Below, piece after piece: positions 20,562 through 29,650 of a DNA stretch of 64,000 nucleotides (position 1 is the stretch's first letter; the number at the start of each line of letters is the position of its first letter). A model generated the notes under the pieces. It ran no database searches. It saw only the letters and a list, made by a program, of their open reading frames with translations, and had not been told where the DNA came from. Made by a program: the position numbers and the translations under genes. Source of the DNA: an uncultured Candidatus Binatia bacterium (GTDB lineage: Bacteria > Desulfobacterota > Binatia > Bin18); NCBI GenBank assembly GCA_965200965.1, contig OZ241744.1:3296001-3360000 (forward strand), given 5' to 3'.

Positions 20562-21152
20562 GTGAAGGTCAATGTGGCTGCCGGCTACCACGCCCGGCTG
20601 CGCCGGCAGGCGTTCTACACGCCCATCCTGGTTGGCTTGGCCGGTCGGCGCAAGACCGGCTTGGCCATGCGGGTGCCTGAGCTGTTCTCCTTTCGCCGCG
20701 AAGGGCTGCCGATCACTGTGCGCCTCATCGGCTATCAGGGCCGGGAAGGGGTATGGCTGGTGGCTGTGGCGTTTCGGATTGCGGCTGACGCCCGGTTTCT
20801 GCTTGAAGGCATTGCCTATCTGAATCCCCATCAGGCCGACGACTATCATCTGCTCCACAATCTGGCCCAGCAGGAAGGGTTTCCGCTGATCTTCCTGAAC
20901 GACAGTCTGAAGGTCGGGGTCGGCCAGGAAGTCGTCTGGTCGGTCTATAATCGGCAACAGGTCAGGGTCTTGCTGCACCAGCTCGATCATGTCCTGCCCG
21001 AGCTGCGCGAAGACGGATCGGTCGATCCCGCCTTCAGCGCCATTCGCCGCGAGTTCCATACCTGCCACTCCGTCCAGACCCTCCTGGCCACCCAGCCCCA
21101 TGTGACCGGGGTGAGTTTTGGCCCGTCGTTTCGGGGCGTTGTCTTGGAATAG
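20562..21152 (+). CDS. Hypothetical protein
   Basis: Open frame with host-like codon use, 11 bp upstream of the next gene; no recognised motif. Confidence 0.6.
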   Translation: MKVNVAAGYHARLRRQAFYTPILVGLAGRRKTGLAMRVPELFSFRREGLPITVRLIGYQGREGVWLVAVAFRIAADARFLLEGIAYLNPHQADDYHLLHNLAQQEGFPLIFLNDSLKVGVGQEVVWSVYNRQQVRVLLHQLDHVLPELREDGSVDPAFSAIRREFHTCHSVQTLLATQPHVTGVSFGPSFRGVVLE

Positions 21153-21163
21153 GCCAGTGGTTC

Positions 21164-24100
21164 ATGCGGAAAGACACCGATCGCTATTGCTACAGCCCGT
21201 CTGACCTGCTGGAGTTTCTGCATTCGCCGTTTGCGAGCTGGATGACGCGCAGGGGGCTTGACGACCCCCAGGCCGCTCAGCCGGACGCCGAGTCGCCCCA
21301 GCAGTTGATCCTGGCAGAGCACGGCCGCCGCCACGAGCAGGCTTTCCTCAAGCAGCTCCACGACCAGGGCCGCCAAGTGTACAGGGTTCCGCCCGGCGGC
21401 GACCGTGCGCAGCACACCCTGCGCGCCATGCAGGCTGGACACGAGGTGATTTTTCGAGGCGTGCTGGCCCAGGCTGATTATGTCGGGGAAGCCGATTTCC
21501 TGGTCCGGGTTGAAACGCCGTCGCGGCTGGGCGGCTATGCCTACGAGGTGTGGGAGACTAGGCTGGCGCGGGCGGTGCGGCCCGAGTTTCTCATCCAGTT
21601 GTGCGGCTATGCCGAACTGCTTGAGGCGGTCCAGGGCCGCTGTCCTGAGCGGCTCTCCTGCGTGCTGGGCAACGGCCAGGTGTGCGCCTTTCGGACGGCC
21701 GATTATGTGTATTACTACCGGGCGCTGAAAAGCGCCTTTGTCGCCTTCCTGGACGACTTTGCGCCCGGCCGTCCGCCGCCGCCCAACCCGTGGGGCGAGA
21801 ACGGCCGCTGGCAGTCGCACGCCGAGGCGTTGCTTGAAGCCAGCGATCACCTGTGCCGGGTGGCCAACATCAACCAGGCCCAGGTCGAAAAGATCCAGGC
21901 CGCGGGGATATACACCATGCGCGGCCTGGCCGGCACCGACCGGCAGCGTGTGGCGCAAAGGCGAACGATGACTCAGAAGAGCTCATCGTTCGCCTTCCTG
22001 GACGACGCGGTTTTTGCTCGCCTGCGGGAGCAGGCCCGCCTCCAGTTGGCATCTGTCGGTGCCGATACACCGGCCTGCCAGCTTGTGACGCCTGCGGCGG
22101 ACGACCCGCGCCGCGGGTTGGCCCTGCTGCCGCCCGAATCGGCTCTTGATATCTATTGTGACCTGGAGGGCTATCCGCTGATTGAGGGCGGGCTGGAGTA
22201 CCTGTTTGGGGCGAGTGCTCTCGAGCCCGCCACGCCCAGGTTTTTTGACTGGTGGGCCCACAACGCCGAGCAGGAAAAGCGCGCCTTTGAAGCCTTTGTT
22301 GACTGGGCGTTTGCCCGCTGGCAGGCCGACCTAGGCGCGCATATCTACCACTACGGGCACTACGAAGTAACGGCCCTGCGGCGTCTGATGGGCCGCTACG
22401 CGACGCGCGAGGCCGAGGTGGACGCCCTGCTGCGCAACGGTGTTTTTATCGATCTGTACACGATTGTCCGCCAGGGGCTGCGGGTTGGCGAGCCGCGCTA
22501 CTCGCTCAAGAACCTGGAGCGGCTGTTTCGTCCGAAGCGGACCGGAGCAGTCGGCACTGCGCTTGACTCGGTAGTGGCCTATGAACGCTGGCTGGCCAGC
22601 GATGAGCCGCCGGACTGGCGGGCCTCAGCCATGCTGCAAGAGATCAGGGCCTATAATCGGGAAGACTGTGAGTCGGCCCGGCAACTCGCCGGCTGGCTGC
22701 GGGAGCGGCAGCGCGAAGCCGGCATGGTCTGGCTGCCGGCCAGCCCGGGCCGGTCTGAGGAGGGCACACCCGAAGTGCCGGCCCAGCCCAACCCGCGCCA
22801 CGAGTTGGCCGCGCAATTGTTGACCGCCATTCCTGAGCGACGGGAAGAGCGGGCGGGGGACGAGCCGCGCTGGCAGGCCCAGGAGATGCTGGGCCAGGTG
22901 CTGGAGTTTCATCGCCGCGAGGAAAAGCCGATGTGGTGGGCAACCTTTGAACGCCAGGCCATGACCGAGCAGGAACTGATTGAAGACGGTGACTGCCTCG
23001 GCGGGCTGCGCCGCGAGTCTGAGCTGCCCGTTTCCATCAAAAAATCGCTGGGTTTCTGGTACACCTTTGACCCGGACCAGGACACCAAACTGACCGAAGG
23101 CGCGGCCTGCTTTTTTGCTCACGATCTCGATATCACCACCGAAATCCACGCCCTCAACCGGGACGCGGGGCGGGTGTGTCTCAGGTTTGGCCTCCGCAAA
23201 CTCCGGCAGTTCGGCGACGCTCGCCCCCCGGCCCGGCTGTCCCTGATTCCGAATGAGCGCGTCCCAGCCCAGGTGATTGCCGAGGCCATCGAACATACCG
23301 CCCGAAGCTGGCAGGAAGGCCGCCCCCTCTCTCCTGCCCTGGCCGACTTCCTGGCCCGTCGGCCACCCCGTCTGCGCCCGGCCTCCGACCCCGCCGGCGT
23401 GCCCCAGCCCCTCGTCGCTCCCGGCGAAGACCTGTGCGCCGCGGCCGTGCGTCTGGTGTCCGGGCTTGACCATTCCTGTTTGTGCATCCAGGGCCCGCCC
23501 GGGGCCGGTAAAACAACCGTTGCCTCCGCGGCCATTGTATCGCTCCTGGAGCAGGGCAAGCGTGTTGGGATCAGTTCAAACAGTCACGCCGCGATTCTGA
23601 ATCTGCTGGAGAAATGCGGCGAGCTCCACAACGGTCGGCTCGACTGCATCAAGGTCGGCGGTCCGTCGGACGCCCCGTTTTTTGCCCGCTGCCGCGGGGC
23701 GCGCTACGCCCAATCGGTCCGCTACGCCCTGCCCGAGTTGGACAAGGTCGGGCTGATCGGCGGTACGGCCTGGGCCTTCAGCGCCGCGGACATGCGGGAG
23801 CGGCTGGACTACCTGTTTGTTGACGAGGCCGGCCAAGTCTCGGTGGCCAACCTGATCGGCATGGCCCCCTCCAGCAAAAACCTCGTTCTGCTCGGCGACC
23901 AGATGCAGCTCAGTCAGCCGATCCAGGGCTCGCATCCCGGCCACAGCGGTCAGTCGGCTCTCGAATACCTGCTCCAGGGCCGGGCGACCATCCCCGACAG
24001 GCTGGGGCTGTTCCTGGATACCAGTTGGCGGCTCCATCCCGAACTGTGCGGCTTTATTTCCGACACTATGTATGACGGCCGGCTGCGGGCCGCGGCCCAC

Positions 24101-24655
24101 ACCGGCAAGCGGCTTGTCCGCCGGCCGCCAGGCGCAGGCGGGCATATCCGGCGGGAGGCCGGCCTCGTCTTTGTGCCGGTCGTCCATAGCGGCAATACCC
24201 AGGCCAGCGACGAAGAAGTCGCCGTGATCCGGGAGATTGTGCATGAACTGCTAGGCCGGGCGCTGACCGATGAAACAGGCCAGCCCGCCGGAGCGGTCGG
24301 CTGGGACGATATCCTGATTGTTGCCCCGTATAATATGCAGGTGCGTAAGCTCCAGTCGGCCCTGGGGCCGTCGGCCAGGGTGGGTTCGGTCGATAAGTTT
24401 CAGGGCCAGGAAGCCGCGGTGGTGATGGTGTCCATGTGCGCCAGCCACGGCGAGACTTCGCCCCGGGGCATCGAGTTTCTGTTCAGCCGCAACCGTTTGA
24501 ATGTCGCCCTGTCCCGGGCCCGCAGCCTAGCCGTTGTGGTGGCCCATCCAGGCCTGTCGCGGACACCCTGCGCCACCCTGGCCCAGATGGCGGCGGTGAA
24601 TGTCTTCTGTCGGGTGGTGGAGGAGGGCGGAGCAGCGGGAACTGCCGGGGTATGA
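21164..24655 (+). CDS. TM0106-family RecB-like nuclease fused to RNase H-like and SF1 (DNA2/NAM7-like) helicase domains
   Basis: YSPSDL, GEADFLVR, QLCGY, DLEG, HIYHYGHYE, YSLKNLE, YNREDC, QGPPGAGKT, VDEAGQ, GDQMQL, SVDKFQGQE and NRLNVALSRA. Confidence 0.9.
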   Translation: MRKDTDRYCYSPSDLLEFLHSPFASWMTRRGLDDPQAAQPDAESPQQLILAEHGRRHEQAFLKQLHDQGRQVYRVPPGGDRAQHTLRAMQAGHEVIFRGVLAQADYVGEADFLVRVETPSRLGGYAYEVWETRLARAVRPEFLIQLCGYAELLEAVQGRCPERLSCVLGNGQVCAFRTADYVYYYRALKSAFVAFLDDFAPGRPPPPNPWGENGRWQSHAEALLEASDHLCRVANINQAQVEKIQAAGIYTMRGLAGTDRQRVAQRRTMTQKSSSFAFLDDAVFARLREQARLQLASVGADTPACQLVTPAADDPRRGLALLPPESALDIYCDLEGYPLIEGGLEYLFGASALEPATPRFFDWWAHNAEQEKRAFEAFVDWAFARWQADLGAHIYHYGHYEVTALRRLMGRYATREAEVDALLRNGVFIDLYTIVRQGLRVGEPRYSLKNLERLFRPKRTGAVGTALDSVVAYERWLASDEPPDWRASAMLQEIRAYNREDCESARQLAGWLRERQREAGMVWLPASPGRSEEGTPEVPAQPNPRHELAAQLLTAIPERREERAGDEPRWQAQEMLGQVLEFHRREEKPMWWATFERQAMTEQELIEDGDCLGGLRRESELPVSIKKSLGFWYTFDPDQDTKLTEGAACFFAHDLDITTEIHALNRDAGRVCLRFGLRKLRQFGDARPPARLSLIPNERVPAQVIAEAIEHTARSWQEGRPLSPALADFLARRPPRLRPASDPAGVPQPLVAPGEDLCAAAVRLVSGLDHSCLCIQGPPGAGKTTVASAAIVSLLEQGKRVGISSNSHAAILNLLEKCGELHNGRLDCIKVGGPSDAPFFARCRGARYAQSVRYALPELDKVGLIGGTAWAFSAADMRERLDYLFVDEAGQVSVANLIGMAPSSKNLVLLGDQMQLSQPIQGSHPGHSGQSALEYLLQGRATIPDRLGLFLDTSWRLHPELCGFISDTMYDGRLRAAAHTGKRLVRRPPGAGGHIRREAGLVFVPVVHSGNTQASDEEVAVIREIVHELLGRALTDETGQPAGAVGWDDILIVAPYNMQVRKLQSALGPSARVGSVDKFQGQEAAVVMVSMCASHGETSPRGIEFLFSRNRLNVALSRARSLAVVVAHPGLSRTPCATLAQMAAVNVFCRVVEEGGAAGTAGV
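21958..21996. repeat. 39-bp palindromic element located in frame within the TM0106 gene
   Basis: AAGGCGAACGATGA-ctcagaagagc-TCATCGTTCGCCTT, with 14-bp perfect arms. Confidence 0.8.
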
Positions 24656-25107
24656 GCACGTTTCGGAAATACCTGCTGCTCCAGGTCCCTGGCTGGGTCC
24701 TGTGGGGGCTGATTTTGGTCGGGGCTCACGCGTGGCTCGCTCTGCCGCGGTGGGCCGGCCTGCTGTTGCTGAGCCTGGCCATCGGCAAGGACTTTGCCCT
24801 CTACCCGTATGTACGCTCGGCCTACGAGTCTGAGGTAAAAACCGGGGCTGCGCGGCTGCTCGGCGCGCGAGCTCGGGTGTGCCAGGTGCTGAACCCCCAG
24901 GGCTATGTGCGGGTCAACGGTGAGCTGTGGCGGGCCGAACTTGAACACGCCAAAGAGAGGCGGCCGGCCCTTTTCCTGCCGGTCGGTCGGCGGGTGGTTG
25001 TGCAGGGCTTTCGGGGGCTCACCCTTGTTGTCGGTCCAGAGGAGAGCGTGCCAGAAAAAAGCCCTGCCGCGGCTGAGACCGGGCGGGGCTGTGAGAGGGC
25101 CTGCTGA
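24652..25107 (+). CDS. NfeD family membrane protein
   Basis: ATGA overlap with the upstream gene; TM helices, then LLGARARV..LNPQGYVRVNGELWRA and GLTLVV. Confidence 0.85.
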   Translation: MSTFRKYLLLQVPGWVLWGLILVGAHAWLALPRWAGLLLLSLAIGKDFALYPYVRSAYESEVKTGAARLLGARARVCQVLNPQGYVRVNGELWRAELEHAKERRPALFLPVGRRVVVQGFRGLTLVVGPEESVPEKSPAAAETGRGCERAC

Positions 25108-25117
25108 CGCGCTCCGA

Positions 25118-26242
25118 TTATTTGGCGTGCAGGGCTGAGCCGACCGCCACATCAACCGGAGCCTGAACGGTCTTGGGCGTCCAGCTGTGGAGTTCTTGGC
25201 CGACGGTCCGGGCGAACAGCCTCATGCAGCGTTCGACCTCGTCGTAGGGCAGGCTCTGGTAGCTGAAGCAGCCGTTGATCTCAAAGTCGCCGATGACCTC
25301 ACGGCGTTTGCGGACTTTCTCAACCAGCATGTCGGGCGTGCCCCACAGGTTGGCGTTCAGGAAGTCTTCCACCACCGCGTCCATGCCGGCGGCCTTCATT
25401 TGCTGGGCGGCGTGGGCGTAGTGGGCGTAGGATTTGCCGGTTTCGGCAAAATGATCGCCGGTCATTTCGTAGTGCTCCATCACACTCCAGTAGTAGCCGA
25501 CGATATTGACCCGGGCGATCTCTTCGGCCCGCTTGACATCCTCGGTGCAGGCCACAAAGTCGGCGCAGTTGATCGGCGGGGCTTCTTCGCCGTTGTTGTG
25601 TTTGCGGAAGTTTTCCCGGTACTGATGGATGTTGTCGGCCACCTTTTCCCAGCTCATCTGGGAGAACATCATTGCCCCGAGGCCCAGCCGGGCGGCCACG
25701 TCAAACGACTCGGGCGACATGCACACCATGTAGCGACGGCCCTTGAAGCTGCCGACCGGCCGCGGCCGGACCTCAATCCGCGCCTGTTTGTAGTGCTGGG
25801 TGTCGGCTTCGACAAAGCCGTTTTCCAGGCCGTTGACGATGATCTCGGCCGCTTCGTTAAAGCGGTCCCGGGCCTCGGACATATCCACGCCAAAACCGCG
25901 GTACTCGCGCCGCGACAGCCCCCGGCCAAGCCCGAGGACGGCCCGCCCGTCGGACAGGTGGTCAAGGAGGACCATTTTTTCGACGACGCGCATCGGGTTG
26001 TTCCAGGGCAGGATGATCGCGCCGGTGGCCAGTTGCAGGCGCTCGGTCCGGGCGGCGATATAGCTCAGGTACTGCATGTTGTCGGGGCAGATTGAGTAAT
26101 CAAAGAAATGGTGCTCAACCGGCCAGATTATATCAAAGCCCATGCCCTCCGATTCGATGGCGAGGCGGGTTTCATTCTTGTACATTTCCCGGTCGTCGTG
26201 GGCCTTATGGTTCTGCAGGACCATCTGTATGCCGATTCTCAT
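25118..26242 (-). CDS. LLM-class flavin-dependent oxidoreductase
   Basis: GFDIIWPVEHHF, ILPWNNPMRVVE and LDHLSDGRAVLGLGRG. Confidence 0.92.
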   Translation of the reverse strand: MRIGIQMVLQNHKAHDDREMYKNETRLAIESEGMGFDIIWPVEHHFFDYSICPDNMQYLSYIAARTERLQLATGAIILPWNNPMRVVEKMVLLDHLSDGRAVLGLGRGLSRREYRGFGVDMSEARDRFNEAAEIIVNGLENGFVEADTQHYKQARIEVRPRPVGSFKGRRYMVCMSPESFDVAARLGLGAMMFSQMSWEKVADNIHQYRENFRKHNNGEEAPPINCADFVACTEDVKRAEEIARVNIVGYYWSVMEHYEMTGDHFAETGKSYAHYAHAAQQMKAAGMDAVVEDFLNANLWGTPDMLVEKVRKRREVIGDFEINGCFSYQSLPYDEVERCMRLFARTVGQELHSWTPKTVQAPVDVAVGSALHAK

Positions 26243-26389
26243 GGTCACTCCTTCCTTTCCCCCCTGGTGTTCCAAAGGGTCTGTTCACATATCGGGCCAG
26301 CCTAGCCCAATCGGACCGATCGGACAAGGGACGCCGGCCGGGACACGCGGGCGTTGACTTCATTGCCGGTGTCGCGTTTCATAAGACCC

Positions 26390-26911
26390 ATGCCGGGGTG
26401 TCTGAAAACTGCTGTCCTGCTCCTGGCACTGCTGTGTCCCGTCGGCCTCGGAGCGGTTGAGACCGCCCCGCGCATCTCAGACCGGGAGATCGTTGAGCGG
26501 CTGACCAGGCTGGAAGCGGGGCAAGGCCACTTGGCGAGCAAAATTGAGGCGAACACCGCGGCCACTGACCAGTTGCGGACGGGTATGCAGATGCAGATTC
26601 AGCAGTTGCGGACGGATATGCAGACGCAGATTCAGCAGTTGCGGACGGATATGAATGCTCAGTTTGATCGGCTTTCGCAACTCATGCTGGGGATTGTTGG
26701 CGCGTTTGCCGCGCTTGTGGCGGCGACGCTTGGGTTTGCGCTGTGGGACCGGCGGACGCTCGTGCGGCCCCTTGAGGGCAAGGTGCAAGCGGTCGAAGAG
26801 GAGTTGGCCCACAACCGCGCACATCTGCACTCCCTGCTGGAAGCCTTCCGCTCGCTGGGGCGTCAGGATGAGAAGGTAGCCGCGGTGCTGCGGCAATTCC
26901 GGCTGTTGTAG
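26390..26911 (+). CDS. Exported coiled-coil protein with a membrane anchor
   Basis: Signal peptide, QLRTDMQTQIQ 11-aa repeats, a TM helix, then WDRRT. Confidence 0.7.
   Translation: MPGCLKTAVLLLALLCPVGLGAVETAPRISDREIVERLTRLEAGQGHLASKIEANTAATDQLRTGMQMQIQQLRTDMQTQIQQLRTDMNAQFDRLSQLMLGIVGAFAALVAATLGFALWDRRTLVRPLEGKVQAVEEELAHNRAHLHSLLEAFRSLGRQDEKVAAVLRQFRLL
26570..26653 (+). repeat. 33-bp coding tandem repeat (about 2.5 copies)
   Basis: Unit CAGTTGCGGACGG(G/A)TATGCAGA(T/C)GCAGATTCAG at 26570, 26603 and 26636 (partial). Confidence 0.9.
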
Positions 26912-26933
26912 GCCGGTTGTTCAACTCATCGGC

Positions 26934-27878
26934 TCAGCTTGTGTCACTTGTACCTTGGACTGAAAAAGGCTCACCATCGCGGTCATAGGCAAAGTCCGGT
27001 CCGGCGTAGTCATTCCAGCGGCGGTTATAGGGACCGGCTTCGAAGCGTGAAACGTCGTCGGTCGTGCCTGGGTCTCCCTCGTCAAGCCCGTGGCCGAATT
27101 CCACGCCACCAAGGTTGGTCAGGATGTAGCGATTGTGCATCTTGTCGCCATCCTCACGGTTTTTCCAACGATGTACGGTGAGTGTCGCTCCTGCGGGAAG
27201 AATAGGAGGGAGCTTAGCCCTGCATTCTTTCTGAAACTTCTCCCAAATCGGCGCACCATCGCGATCGGCCGTATGGAGTTCGATTGTGAGATCTGAGGCT
27301 CGGGTCCCGATGATCCTGACAAATGCGGCCAGAGGTTTCCTGAATCTCTCTTCGGTAGCGCGGAAGTGCGGGTCTACAAACAGTACTTTTGTTGCGCAAC
27401 GCAGCATCGGCGCAACGCATTCTGCCATTGCTTCCGCGGTCCGTTTGACGGTTCTTGTACCCGGGGTGTTCCAGAGTTCAGGCGTTCCATCTACGATGGC
27501 GTCTTCAAGTATGATGTTTGTGTTTCTGCGTGGGTTGTCGCGGGCCAGGATTGCGTGAAAGGGTTTGCGGGTGTGTTCATTCTCCGCGTTGGTGAGCCAG
27601 CCGAGGGAGTCGTCCCAGATATATCCCGGACGCTTAACCACGGGCATAGTCAACTGTTTTACCAATTCTTCTATCCGTCCCCGTGCCGTTTCTTTTTTGC
27701 TGGGGGGGCCGCTGAAGGTGTCATCAAAAGCTTCCCAAACCAGTCTTTTCCATTTCTTGGGGTAACGTGAGACAACTTTTCCCTTGTCAGAACCAAACTG
27801 GCTAATAAAAAATCTTCCCTTTAGGCGATCATGCCAGGACGCGACAAGTTCAGGCTCTAGCGCATATTCGTGAATCAT
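26934..27878 (-). CDS. Hypothetical protein with a C-terminal PLD-like/MIT_C-like domain (putative effector)
   Basis: VLFVDPHF...IELHT...MHNRYILTNLGGVEFGHGLD; starts 2 bp after the ATPase stop; AT-richer than the flanks. Confidence 0.6.
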   Translation of the reverse strand: MIHEYALEPELVASWHDRLKGRFFISQFGSDKGKVVSRYPKKWKRLVWEAFDDTFSGPPSKKETARGRIEELVKQLTMPVVKRPGYIWDDSLGWLTNAENEHTRKPFHAILARDNPRRNTNIILEDAIVDGTPELWNTPGTRTVKRTAEAMAECVAPMLRCATKVLFVDPHFRATEERFRKPLAAFVRIIGTRASDLTIELHTADRDGAPIWEKFQKECRAKLPPILPAGATLTVHRWKNREDGDKMHNRYILTNLGGVEFGHGLDEGDPGTTDDVSRFEAGPYNRRWNDYAGPDFAYDRDGEPFSVQGTSDTS

Positions 27879-27880
27879 TG

Positions 27881-29482
27881 TCAGAATAATTCCTTCGCTC
27901 GTTCCGGAAAGAAGCCTTGTGGCCAGGGACGGTCGAATTCACCGTCTTCGGTTACGGGAATCTCAATGACCCGTGCCCCCTTCTCGCCAGGCTCGACGTA
28001 CAGGACGGCGACATCCTCCGGGCGGATGCCCGGGAAGCCGTCGGGCAACTCGTCTTCCGTTGTTTCGCGTATCCGTCGCAGGATGCGGAGCAGCAGGTGC
28101 TCGCTATGCGTCTCCAGCAGGAAGGTGTTGCCCCGCTTCAGGAAGAGGTCGCCCCGCTTCTTGGCGGACCGGATGAACAGGTCGCCGAGTTCGGCCTGAT
28201 GGGCGGGGTGAAGGTGGATTTCGGGCTGTTCAATCAAGAGTGTCTTCGCTTCACAGAGCTCAGCCTGTGCCACGATGGGCAGCACTTGGCTGATACCGAA
28301 GCCGACATCCCGCAGGCTGACATCTACGTCGATATTCTTGTCGGTAAGGCGTAGAGAAAAGACGTTGCTGGGGCTTGCGTCTTCTTCGTGTTGCAGTTTG
28401 GAAACTTTCAGGGTGTATTGCACGCCGAGACCTTTCAGGTCGGCGTTGATTTTCTCCACTAGATCGGGGTTCTCAAAGAGAATGGAAGGCAGAAGCTCGC
28501 CTGACTGTCCGACATACTCAGTCGTGTCGCCGCTGTATTCGTAGACACGTTTTGGCGGATTCCGCAGAGGCCCTAGATATATCAAACTTTCCAGGTTTGC
28601 GCGGAACCTTGAAAGAATTCGGTTGCGCGGGAGACTCATCCATGTGCCCATTAGATTGGACAGATCGGAGCTTGAGAAATCTATTCTCTCAGAAGAGTGT
28701 TCGGGTAGAAAATTCTGATAGGTAGGGATGTCTAGCTGGTGTATTTCCTCTGCACCCCTTTGAAGAGCGTCTTCAAGCTCGCTGCAAAGGGCCTCTTTAA
28801 TTTTAGAACGTTCGATAGTCCGCAACCTCTCCTTTATTTGATTGCTTTCGAGGCCAGGAATGATATGCCCGCCATCAGAGTTTTTTGACAGCAGAAAAGC
28901 GAGATCTCTGTATTCGGGATCATTACCAGTATAGCAAGAATGAAGGGCGTTCCACCAGCGCCCCCAGAATTCCAATTTGGATTTGGAAGAGAACCGAACC
29001 GTCTCCATGACATGTTGCGTATCATATCCGAGCCCCCAGCCAGGAGCCGCAATTTCCAGGATCTTTTGCGCATCATCTCCGACATTCAGAGCTAGAGCGA
29101 CAGCCCAGGGATCCGCTAGCGCCAGAGCTTCTTTTGAATAGGTGAATAGGACTCCTAGAGCGGCTTCCCGTATCGTCTCGTCAGGAGACAGGAAGAGAGG
29201 TATCTCCAGATCAAACCGTGCCCAAAACTCAAAATCCCGCTCTGTCTCATGCCGATGCACGAAATCCTTATATGACCCCAAATCAACCAGCGAGCCTTTG
29301 GGAAGCAGGGCGGTGTGGGGGTTTTTCGCCTCCTCAAGCGTCTGCTTCAGGAGCAGGAGCGATTGGAAGATGGAGCTTTTGCCGGACGAGTTGGCCCCAA
29401 AGATGAGGGTAAGCGGACGGATCGGAATCGCGACTGTCTCGCCAAACGCCTTGAAATTGGTAAGCTGGTATTCGCGTAGCAT
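27881..29482 (-). CDS. ABC/AAA_15-type ATPase with a DUF3696-like C-terminus
   Basis: NFKAF, Walker A GANSSGKS, signature-like DVGFGISQVLP, Walker B-like IEQPEIHLHP, ETHSEH and DGEFDRPWPQGFF; RBS AAGGGGAGG. Confidence 0.88.
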   Translation of the reverse strand: MLREYQLTNFKAFGETVAIPIRPLTLIFGANSSGKSSIFQSLLLLKQTLEEAKNPHTALLPKGSLVDLGSYKDFVHRHETERDFEFWARFDLEIPLFLSPDETIREAALGVLFTYSKEALALADPWAVALALNVGDDAQKILEIAAPGWGLGYDTQHVMETVRFSSKSKLEFWGRWWNALHSCYTGNDPEYRDLAFLLSKNSDGGHIIPGLESNQIKERLRTIERSKIKEALCSELEDALQRGAEEIHQLDIPTYQNFLPEHSSERIDFSSSDLSNLMGTWMSLPRNRILSRFRANLESLIYLGPLRNPPKRVYEYSGDTTEYVGQSGELLPSILFENPDLVEKINADLKGLGVQYTLKVSKLQHEEDASPSNVFSLRLTDKNIDVDVSLRDVGFGISQVLPIVAQAELCEAKTLLIEQPEIHLHPAHQAELGDLFIRSAKKRGDLFLKRGNTFLLETHSEHLLLRILRRIRETTEDELPDGFPGIRPEDVAVLYVEPGEKGARVIEIPVTEDGEFDRPWPQGFFPERAKELF

Positions 29483-29514
29483 GTTCGTCCTCCCCTTGCT
29501 GCCCTTGGGAATAA

Positions 29515-29530
29515 TGCAAGGTGCGTGCCA
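29515..29530 (-). promoter_or_regulatory. Sigma54 (-24/-12) promoter of the ATPase operon
   Basis: Minus strand TGGCAC-GCACC-TTGCA matches the TGGCAC-N5-TTGCW consensus exactly and ends 32 nt before the ATG. Confidence 0.85.
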
Positions 29531-29616
29531 CTTGTGCCAAACAGGGCTACTATACACAAATCAGCGCCGTTTCGCTACCAAACCCCCTTCCCTCTCCCCT
29601 GGAGAGAGAAGAAATG

Positions 29617-29644
29617 TTGCAATTCACAAGAAATCTTGTATGAA
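29617..29644 (+). promoter_or_regulatory. Candidate sigma70 promoter of the activator gene, with a palindromic operator/UAS in the spacer
   Basis: TTGCAA-16 nt-TATGAA ends 6 nt before ATG 29651, with no SD sequence; inverted repeat ACAAGA-aa-TCTTGT at 29626-29639. Confidence 0.5.
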
Positions 29645-29650
29645 CAAGGC

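Noticed and set aside
21958-21996. Integron attC site (AAC...GTT arms with a bulged base)
   Set aside because: It is shorter than known attC sites, does not fit the RYYYAAC/GTTRRRY cores, and no integrase or cassette array is nearby. Kept only as a palindromic insertion.
29582-29610. REP-like CCCTCTCCC...GGAGAG element resembling the hairpin at 7400
   Set aside because: Too degenerate, and too few copies to define a repeat family from this window.
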